This document shows, in pieces, positions 56,348 through 64,000 of a DNA stretch of 64,000 bases (position 1 is the stretch's first letter; every line of letters begins with the position of its first letter). The DNA comes from Leptolyngbyaceae cyanobacterium (GTDB lineage Bacteria; Cyanobacteriota; Cyanobacteriia; Phormidesmidales; Phormidesmidaceae). The notes beneath the pieces are model-generated. The model ran no database searches. It was not told where the DNA came from and saw only the letters and a list, made by a program, of their open reading frames with translations. Position numbers and translations under genes: made by a program. The stretch covers positions 832,001-896,000 of the forward strand of contig CBDHHL010000032.1 in assembly GCA_965263355.1 (NCBI GenBank), in the 5' to 3' direction.

Positions 56348-57340
56348 ATGGATCTAGTTACCCTTCAAGGACTGCTCGATAACATTTCCTTTGCGGTCCT
56401 CTTCATTACGATGCTCCTTTACTGGAGTAGCCTCGCCTTTGATCAAGCTACCTGGCTTCAAACCCTGGGTACGACTGGTATGGCTATTGCTAATCTCTGC
56501 ACGGCAGCGTTGCTAATAGCTCGATGGATTGAAGGCGGGTATTTCCCCCTCAGCAATCTCTACGAATCTCTCTTCTTTATTGCCTGGGGGATTACGGCTA
56601 TTCACTTTGTGGCCGAGCGTATGAGTAATAGCCGTTGGGTAGGTGCTATGACGGCCCCAGCTGCCATGGGGATTACCGCCTTTGCCACCCTTACCCTACC
56701 TAGCAATATGCAGGTTTCCGAGCCGTTGGTACCCGCCCTTAAGTCTAATTGGCTGATGATGCATGTCAGTGTGATGTTGCTGAGTTATTCAGCCCTGATG
56801 GTGGGTTCTTTGGTTGCGATCGCATTCCTGGTGGTCACCCGTGGTCAGGCGGTTGAACTCAAAGGGAGTTCTGTGGGGACCGGGGGATTTCGCGATCGCA
56901 AATACATTCTCAAACGTGCCCCTGAAGCAACACCTGAACCCACCTTATCCACCGTAGGTGGAGGCACTGCAGTGCTAGAAAAACCTGCTAAGGAAACAGC
57001 AGCCCTGTCAATGCAGCGCCTTACCTTGGCCGACACCCTAGACAACATCAGCTACCGCATCATCGGTCTTGGCTTCCCCTTACTCACCATCGGCATCATT
57101 TCTGGTGGTGTTTGGGCCAACGAAGCCTGGGGCTCCTACTGGAGTTGGGATCCCAAAGAAACCTGGGCATTAATTACCTGGCTCGTATTTGCCGCCTATC
57201 TCCACTCCCGCATTACCAAAGGTTGGCAAGGCCGCAAGCCCGCCTTTATCGCTGCCACCGGTTTTATGGTGGTTTGGGTCTGCTACCTGGGCGTGAATTT
57301 ATTAGGTAAAGGGTTACACAGCTACGGTTGGTTCTTTTAA
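56348..57340 (+). CDS. ccsA: System II cytochrome c biogenesis protein CcsA (often annotated CcsB)
   Basis: [48 protein letters not shown]. Confidence 0.95.
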   Translation: MDLVTLQGLLDNISFAVLFITMLLYWSSLAFDQATWLQTLGTTGMAIANLCTAALLIARWIEGGYFPLSNLYESLFFIAWGITAIHFVAERMSNSRWVGAMTAPAAMGITAFATLTLPSNMQVSEPLVPALKSNWLMMHVSVMLLSYSALMVGSLVAIAFLVVTRGQAVELKGSSVGTGGFRDRKYILKRAPEATPEPTLSTVGGGTAVLEKPAKETAALSMQRLTLADTLDNISYRIIGLGFPLLTIGIISGGVWANEAWGSYWSWDPKETWALITWLVFAAYLHSRITKGWQGRKPAFIAATGFMVVWVCYLGVNLLGKGLHSYGWFF

Positions 57341-57484
57341 TCGAATTATTCTTGCTCCCAAAAGACGGTGGGCAATGCCAAGGTCGACGCCATAAATCGT
57401 GGCCCCTAGCAGACGGTGGGCAGTGCCCAACCTACGGTTCAAAACGTTTGCATAGCAGCAACTACAGGCAATAACCTATGCCCT

Positions 57485-57520
57485 TTCCAAATTTCTGGAA
57501 AGCCTTCCAGAAATTTGGAA
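57485..57520. terminator. Perfect 16-bp hairpin between convergent genes
   Basis: TTCCAAATTTCTGGAA-AGCC-TTCCAGAAATTTGGAA. Confidence 0.6.
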
Positions 57521-57579
57521 TTCACCCCGCCATAACCCCAAACCCTACAATTAGGGATAACTCGGTATGAGGGAAGCCC

Positions 57580-58236
57580 CTACGTCGCCACTCCTGCAAA
57601 TAAATTTCCAAACGACTGCTCCTGTGCATCCGCACTCGTCACAATCTCCACAACCTTATTATCAGCCGCAGGCTCGCTCAGAGCTGCAATACATACCTGA
57701 GCCACCTTCTGCCGAGCAATTCCCCCCTCAAACAACGTATCTGCCCCAGACATCACAATTGCCTCTTTGCTATCCTCACTCCGCAATCCACCAGGCCGAA
57801 CAATCGTATACGTCAAACCACTTTTGATGATGTACCCCTCTGCCTGCTTCTTCCAAAACAGCACCAACCAGAATAGGTTAAGCGGATGAAAAAACTTAGA
57901 AACACATAGCGAAGACACAATCACAAACCGCTTAACACCGTTTGCCTTAGCTGCATCCACCAAATTCTTAGTCCCCTCAAAATCCACCCGATAAGGACCT
58001 GTTACATCAAAACTAGGAGCCGCTCCCGTAGCGCAAATAACAGCATCACATCCTGCTATGGCGGCCCTAATGGTGTCTGGCTTCAACACATCCCCAACCA
58101 CCACCTCAACAGCATCTACAAAATTAGCGTTTGTACGATCCCGCACCATAGCTCTAACGGCATTACCCGAACTGCTTAGCTGATTAGTCACATGCAGCCC
58201 TGTCTTCCCAGTCGCACCCACAACCAATACCTTCAT
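57580..58236 (-). CDS. Atypical SDR / NAD(P)H-binding protein
   Basis: VLVVGATGKTG, VD..GT.NL..AA, YTIVRPGGL. Confidence 0.88.
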   Translation of the reverse strand: MKVLVVGATGKTGLHVTNQLSSSGNAVRAMVRDRTNANFVDAVEVVVGDVLKPDTIRAAIAGCDAVICATGAAPSFDVTGPYRVDFEGTKNLVDAAKANGVKRFVIVSSLCVSKFFHPLNLFWLVLFWKKQAEGYIIKSGLTYTIVRPGGLRSEDSKEAIVMSGADTLFEGGIARQKVAQVCIAALSEPAADNKVVEIVTSADAQEQSFGNLFAGVAT

Positions 58237-58870
58237 CCGTTTCTTCTGCAGTCGTCACTACAGCTATTACCAACACGATCAAACTACCAAACTGTAACGA
58301 TGGCTTCACTATATAAAGAAGCGGTTGGCTACAACTTACAAAGTCGTCAACTAATCTATCGGGGTATCCACTCAAGCCGGGAAATTCTGGTTAAGTAGGA
58401 ATCTAGAATCCAGGAGCCAGAATTTAGAAGGGATATGGCTTCTGGCTCCTGACTTCTGACGTCTACCCTGAGGAAAACTTCCCGCTTTAAGTTGGTACCC
58501 ATCTATCGTTTATCCCAGGCTTATATAAACCGTCCGTATCTTTGAAAATCATTAAGCCATTATCGAAAAAATCTTCATCCCTGAAAAATCGATTAAACTT
58601 AATAAATCACAAAGTAACTTAAGTGAAAGGCTAAAATTACTTTTTATATATAGAGGAGTTAATATTGTTCATAAGTTCATACCCGTGGTTTGCCGATGGT
58701 AGCTTGTTTTTTTAACTCGGTAACCTAGTAACCATAACGATATATCCTTTGGCTTCTTCCATTAGCCTGGTTATCATAGAGGCGACTCAAAGTCACCATT
58801 AATCGTTAGCAAGTATGCCCTGTATCCTGATCTTTCATCTGTAGGTTACCTTTGAGTGTTTCTTAGCTTT

Positions 58871-59548
58871 ATGAACGTGTCCTCTACGCAGTACCCTCAG
58901 CCAGGAGTTTCAAGCGCTTCACAGGTGTCTATTAATCCAGAGCAATCGGCACTAGGTGATAGCAAAGAGTGGCAGACACCGGAAACTATTGTTTTTGAGG
59001 GCTATTACGTCGGCAACATGGAGATGTTTGCTGATATTGATACCGTTGCTGACTATCTGAACGCCCACCAAGGCTGGTTTACTCGCTGCGCGCAGCCTAT
59101 GGATGTCAAGCCCATCGGACATAATGGGTATGCCATTTCACTAGGTCGTTTTGGTAGCCTCAATTTTCAGATTCAACCTAAAATTGGTCTGCATTTGCTG
59201 CCTCAGAATAAGGGCGTTTATCGGATTGAGACCATTCCTGTGCCAGGGTATGAGCCCGAAGGGTACGATGTTGATTTCCGTGCTGCTATGTCTTTGGCTG
59301 AAAAACGGCAGGAAAAGCTACCCGTGAAACAGTCAACCCAGGTAGAATGGGAGCTTAACTTACAGACTAAAGTACAAATGCCAAGGTTTATCCAGGCATT
59401 ACCTCAATCTTTGGTCAAAGCATCTGGTGATAAGCTGCTCAATCAAATTGTGCGTCAGATATCCAGACGACTTACTCGTAAGGTACAAGAAGATTTTCAT
59501 AAAATGATGAATCTGCCATTACCAGGTCGAAAGGCAAGGCACCAATAA
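58871..59548 (+). CDS. DUF1997-like cyanobacterial protein
   Basis: YLNAHQGWFTRCAQPM, PKIGLHLLP, LLNQIVRQISRRLT.KVQEDFH. Confidence 0.75.
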   Translation: MNVSSTQYPQPGVSSASQVSINPEQSALGDSKEWQTPETIVFEGYYVGNMEMFADIDTVADYLNAHQGWFTRCAQPMDVKPIGHNGYAISLGRFGSLNFQIQPKIGLHLLPQNKGVYRIETIPVPGYEPEGYDVDFRAAMSLAEKRQEKLPVKQSTQVEWELNLQTKVQMPRFIQALPQSLVKASGDKLLNQIVRQISRRLTRKVQEDFHKMMNLPLPGRKARHQ

Positions 59549-59558
59549 CGTTTCTGAC

Positions 59559-60668
59559 ATGACCTTTACGGTAATAACCCGCGGTTTCAAACAAGAATTT
59601 GAACGGTGGACTGATGCGCTTGAGACTGCAAATGGTCTAAGACCCCAGCTCAAAAGCTGGTTCGTTGACATTCGGATCTTTGATGGCAGAGACTTGGTCT
59701 GGATGTATAGCAAATTACGCGCTCACCCAGAGTACATTGGACCTGGCACCTACGATCGATTGGCACGGTTATTTATGGCCGAAGGTCGCAGGTCAGCAGC
59801 GAGTCGTCAACCTTGGGATATTCGGGGACATCAGTTTAACTGGGGTGAACGTACGTACCTGATGGGCGTTATTAATGTCACGCCCGATAGTTTTAGTGAT
59901 GGTGGTCAGTTTAATTCTGTAGAAGCGGCGCTAAGTCAGGCGCAACTATTGTTAGATGCCAATGTTGACATTTTAGATATTGGCGGTCAGTCTACTCGAC
60001 CAGGGGCTGAGCAAATTTCCCTTGATGAGGAACTTAATCGGCTGATCCCGGTGATTGAAGCTATTCGCCGGACTGACGCCTTAAAACAGGCAGTGATTTC
60101 GGTGGATACGACTCGGGCCACTGTGGCCCGTGCTGCTGTTGATGCTGGGGCAGATATTATTAACGACATTTCAGGTGCTACCTATGAGCCCAACATCCTT
60201 AAGGTCGCCGCTGATCAAGAAGTGCCAATAATTCTGATGCATCTCCGGGGGACTCCCGAAACGATGCAACAGATGACAGACTATGAAGATCTGATGGTGG
60301 AAATTTCCAAATTTTTGCGTCAGCAGATAGCGCAAGCGCTATCTGCGGGTATTCCCATCCAGAATGTGTGTATTGATCCAGGCATTGGTTTTGCTAAGAC
60401 CTATCCCCAAAACCTGGAGATTTTGCGGAATTTGTCAGACTTAACAGAGCTGGGGTGTCCAATTTTAGTAGGAGTATCTCGTAAAAGCTTTATTGGTTGG
60501 ATTTTGGAGCAGCCGGATCCGCAACAGCGTGAATGGGGAACAGCTGCAGCTTGTACGGCAGCTATTGCTGGAGGGGCTGATATTTTACGAGTGCATAACG
60601 GCATAGCAATGGCAGATGTGACCCGTGTGGCAGACGCTATCTGGCGAAAAAATGAGTCGCCATCATAG
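59559..60668 (+). CDS. folP: Dihydropteroate synthase with a ~72-aa N-terminal extension
   Basis: MGVINVTPDSFSDGG, GGQSTRPG, DPGIGF, SRKSF, LRVH; alternative start at 59775. Confidence 0.93.
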   Translation: MTFTVITRGFKQEFERWTDALETANGLRPQLKSWFVDIRIFDGRDLVWMYSKLRAHPEYIGPGTYDRLARLFMAEGRRSAASRQPWDIRGHQFNWGERTYLMGVINVTPDSFSDGGQFNSVEAALSQAQLLLDANVDILDIGGQSTRPGAEQISLDEELNRLIPVIEAIRRTDALKQAVISVDTTRATVARAAVDAGADIINDISGATYEPNILKVAADQEVPIILMHLRGTPETMQQMTDYEDLMVEISKFLRQQIAQALSAGIPIQNVCIDPGIGFAKTYPQNLEILRNLSDLTELGCPILVGVSRKSFIGWILEQPDPQQREWGTAAACTAAIAGGADILRVHNGIAMADVTRVADAIWRKNESPS

Positions 60669-60977
60669 CTACAAAAATCAGGATAAAGAATGGTTCAGGC
60701 ATGAGATGTGATTACCTGGGAATTCTTATAAGTGAATATTGATACTGAAACGGCTAAAAGTTACCGGAGATCTATGTAAATTTCGGTAGGGAGTAGGTTG
60801 TAAAGACCAATCAGCACAGTCTACGGTTAATGGAACCTGGGTATAGCATTGGTACTTTAATATTAAGGCCTTAGGCTGTGATACAGTCGGCACGGGGAAA
60901 TCAGGACTTGTAACCGGCATGATTGAGTCCAATTGCTGGTGACAATACAACTATCTGGTGGATAAAAGAGGAAACCT

Positions 60978-62903
60978 ATGCAACAGAAATTAACAACACT
61001 TATGTTGTTGAGTACCGTTATCGGTATCGGTGCAACCGCCTCTGCGGAAGCAAGTGGTTCTTCATTGGTTGATCTACCAACACAAGTTTCTCTAAATAGC
61101 CCTTTACTACCAGGGGTTGAGCCAGTAGTCGCTACTGCACTTAGTACTTCAATTAGCCCCCCAACAAGGCGTGATAATGCCCCATCTAATCCGCCATCTT
61201 CCAAAGAAGTAGCTCAGGTTAACAGTATTTTCCCAGTAGCTACAGCTCGTGAAGAGATTGATAGCCTCAACTTACGACGTCAATCGGGAATCGCTATTAG
61301 TCAACAAGTACCGACGACAGCTCCACCGCCTGCGGATAGTTTGCCAGAAACACTACCAGAACCGGAGCCAGAGCCACCAGAGTCGGAACCTGTACTGCCA
61401 CCTGTGACGCCTCAACCACCGACTGATCCTGCTTCAGAAACAGGACCTACAGTTATGGTGCAAAGGTTTGAAGCTTTAGGCAGTACCGTATTTGATCAGT
61501 CAGACTTTAATCAAGTGCTGGATTCCTTTGTTGGTCGTGCGTTAAGTATTGATGAGTTACGCCAAGCTGCGGATTCGATTACTCAGCTCTACCTCAACGA
61601 GGGATTTATTACCTCACGGGCAGTACTTCCTAATCAGCCGATTACGGATGGGGTGGTTAAGTTGCAAATTATTGAGGGCAGCTTAGAGGAGATTCGCATA
61701 GAGGACACTGATCGGTTAGCTAACTATGTGCGATCGCGAGTAAATTTGGGAGCTAAAACCCCTCTTAACCAATTTGATCTCGAAGATCAGCTGCGGTTAC
61801 TACGAGCCGATCCGCTAATTGATAATATTGAAGCCAGCTTACGTGCTGGGACAGGGCTAGGACAAAGTATTTTGATTGTGCGTATTGATGAGGCCGAGCC
61901 GATTGAAGCGCACCTTACCCTTGACACTGATTCGCCCGTCAGTGTTGGCGTCGTTCGTATGGGTGCCAATGTTACTTATCGCAATCCTTTTGGCATTGGC
62001 GATCAAATCCGAGCGGCGGCTTATCGTGCCACCACAGGTGGCTCTCATCTTTACGAGCTTAGCTACAGTGCTCCTATTAACGCCATGAACGGTACTATCT
62101 CAGCTCGTTTTTTACCCAGTGAGTTTGAGATTGTCTCTCCCCAAGAGCTGGCTTCTTTGGACATTGAAGGTGATGCCCAAGTTTATGAATTGACCTATCG
62201 TCAGCCCCTGGTACGCACCCCCCGTGAAGAATTTGCCCTTACTTTAGGTTTTCGTCACCGAGATGGCGAAACTCGTATTGCCTCCACAGATCTTCCGAGT
62301 AATAGCGCTAGTGTGCTCCAGTTTAGCCAAGATTATTTACGTCGCGATCCCCAAGGTGCTTGGGCGTTACGCTCTCAATTTAGTTTAGGTGTCGACTGGT
62401 TGGATGCAACTAATGCGCCCTCCCCTGACCCAGATAGTCAGTTCGTCGGGTGGCTGGGTCAGGTGCAGCGGGCTCAGGTTCTGAATCAGGATCATTTGTT
62501 AATTGTTCAGGCTGATCTGCAACTAGCAAGTGACACCTTGCTGGGGTCAGAACAATTTGTTATCGGTGGGCGTCAATCGGTACGAGGCTATAGTCAAAAT
62601 GCTCGTTTTGGGGACAATGGTGTGCGTCTATCCATTGAAGATCGTATTACACTTCAGCGGAATGAGTCTGGTGCACCCATAATGTTGTTGAGCCCATTTA
62701 TAGATATGGCAGCGGTTTGGAATACAAAATCCGGAACTACTGTCAACGATGATCGTTTTCTTCTCGGTACCGGGTTGGGCTTTACCTATCGTCCACTTGA
62801 AAACGTGGATTTGCGTTTAGATTTGGGTGTACCGCTGGTGGATATTGACGATAGTGCTCCCCAAGATGTGTTCATCTATTTAGATTTTGACCTTGAACTT
62901 TAA
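60978..62903 (+). CDS. ShlB/FhaC/HecB (TpsB-type) outer-membrane transporter
   Basis: Signal peptide, Pro-rich linker, POTRA (ITQLYLNEGFITSRA), VRGY motif, barrel C-terminus. Confidence 0.9.
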   Translation: MQQKLTTLMLLSTVIGIGATASAEASGSSLVDLPTQVSLNSPLLPGVEPVVATALSTSISPPTRRDNAPSNPPSSKEVAQVNSIFPVATAREEIDSLNLRRQSGIAISQQVPTTAPPPADSLPETLPEPEPEPPESEPVLPPVTPQPPTDPASETGPTVMVQRFEALGSTVFDQSDFNQVLDSFVGRALSIDELRQAADSITQLYLNEGFITSRAVLPNQPITDGVVKLQIIEGSLEEIRIEDTDRLANYVRSRVNLGAKTPLNQFDLEDQLRLLRADPLIDNIEASLRAGTGLGQSILIVRIDEAEPIEAHLTLDTDSPVSVGVVRMGANVTYRNPFGIGDQIRAAAYRATTGGSHLYELSYSAPINAMNGTISARFLPSEFEIVSPQELASLDIEGDAQVYELTYRQPLVRTPREEFALTLGFRHRDGETRIASTDLPSNSASVLQFSQDYLRRDPQGAWALRSQFSLGVDWLDATNAPSPDPDSQFVGWLGQVQRAQVLNQDHLLIVQADLQLASDTLLGSEQFVIGGRQSVRGYSQNARFGDNGVRLSIEDRITLQRNESGAPIMLLSPFIDMAAVWNTKSGTTVNDDRFLLGTGLGFTYRPLENVDLRLDLGVPLVDIDDSAPQDVFIYLDFDLEL

Positions 62904-62979
62904 GCTATGTTCAAGGGTTAGCCCATCATTGTCCTAGGTTAAAGAGACGATTCAATACTTAGAAAGATTCAATGAGGAG

Positions 62980-64000
62980 CTATTGTATTGTCGCCTGTAG
63001 AGATATTTTATTCTCTATAGGGTTCGTGGGATGCCCTTTAGAAGACTCCAATAAAAGTTTTTCAAAATCTTGGGCCGCCAGTGCAGGACTAAAGAGATAC
63101 CCTTGCATACTCTGACAATTAAGCTGTTTGAGAATTGAGAGTTCTCTGGCGGTTTCCACCCCACTGGCAATGGTAGAAATATTCAGACCTTGAGCCATTT
63201 CTATAATTGCTCTAACAATCACTTGATTACTTCTGTTGTTATGTAGGTCACGAACAAAACATTTATCTAACTTGAGAATATTAACTGGCAAATACTGTAA
63301 ATGGCTCAAGGAGCCAGAGCCAAAGTCATCAATAGCTGTACTAAAACCTTTGTCTTGAAGCTCAGTTAGCAGATATTTAGTCCGATTTAAGTCCTCCATA
63401 ATTAGCTGTTCGGGAAGTTCTAAATCCACCATTACTGGACTGACTTGAGCAGTCTCGACTATGCCCATCAGTCGGTCTATAAAGTGGAGGTCGCGCAATT
63501 GATAAGCCGACAGATTAACGGCAATACTAATACCGGATAATTTCATTTTTTGCCAATGGGCTAGCTGTCTCAGGGCTGTTTCCAAAATCCATTCGCCTAA
63601 GGGCAGCATGAGTCCATGCTCCTCTGCTACAGGAATGAATTGTACTGGTAACACCGGAAACTCACCAGGTACAAGCCAACGGACAAGGGCTTCTGCACCA
63701 ATAATCTGACCGCTATCTAAATCAACTTGGGGCTGAAAGTAAAGCTGTAATTGGTCCCGTTGCATAGCTCGTCTTAGTCGTTCTGCTAAGGACAATTGAT
63801 TGACAGCTGAGTCTGCTTTTGCCAGGTGGTTTCCTGTTGCTACCAATGTTCTGATAGTAGCTAATTCTAGATGGTGGATGGCCTCAATATAAATATCTGG
63901 TATCAGGTGATGATTATTCATCACCATAGGTTGTTGCAAATCTGCTTTAAGCTTGGCAATGGCTATTTCACAGATAGTTTTGTTAGGTATGCAGGGTGCA
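62980..64000 (-). CDS. EAL-domain protein, 5' part outside the window; catalytic motifs partly degenerate
   Basis: YFQPQV, AEALVRW, AVNLS, DDFGSG, LKLDK, QGYLF; frame stays open to the window edge. Confidence 0.88.
   Translation of the reverse strand, partial: APCIPNKTICEIAIAKLKADLQQPMVMNNHHLIPDIYIEAIHHLELATIRTLVATGNHLAKADSAVNQLSLAERLRRAMQRDQLQLYFQPQVDLDSGQIIGAEALVRWLVPGEFPVLPVQFIPVAEEHGLMLPLGEWILETALRQLAHWQKMKLSGISIAVNLSAYQLRDLHFIDRLMGIVETAQVSPVMVDLELPEQLIMEDLNRTKYLLTELQDKGFSTAIDDFGSGSLSHLQYLPVNILKLDKCFVRDLHNNRSNQVIVRAIIEMAQGLNISTIASGVETARELSILKQLNCQSMQGYLFSPALAAQDFEKLLLESSKGHPTNPIENKISLQATIQ

Overview
Cyanobacterial chromosome segment: cyanobacterial-type rRNA, frequent HIP1 GCGATCGC octamers and heptamer/REP-like repeats; a filamentous Leptolyngbya-like host is my inference. 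Core content: a complete minus-strand rrn operon (16S, tRNA-Ile, tRNA-Ala, 23S, 5S), glyQ, comEC, tRNA-Ser(CGA), gcvP/gcvH, pyrC, pgi, ccsA/ccsB, folP, a ShlB/FhaC transporter and a partial EAL protein. Accessory parts: (1) a ~6.4-kb island between a decayed and an intact tRNA-Ser(CGA), carrying a PIN TA pair, truncated parA plus partner, two solute-binding proteins and an Xre/small-protein pair; (2) an IS982 element; (3) an alginate-type module (Alg44-like without PilZ, Alg8 fused to a beta-helix, convergent PL14-like lyase) between cruE-like and cruH-like genes; (4) a defence-like block at 42.7-49.6 kb with tandem PD-(D/E)XK-like genes, VapBC, and a STAND-like ATPase with nine near-identical 102-bp TPR repeats that vary mostly at ligand-groove positions. 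The best candidate for an undescribed system is at 49.1-49.6 kb: convergent promoters, a ~80-nt structured antisense RNA, a leader ORF and a hairpin occluding the initiation region of an 81-aa protein, whose paralog in the island sits opposite an Xre gene instead. No CRISPR array, intact integrase or reverse transcriptase was seen. All calls come from reading the sequence; no searches were run.
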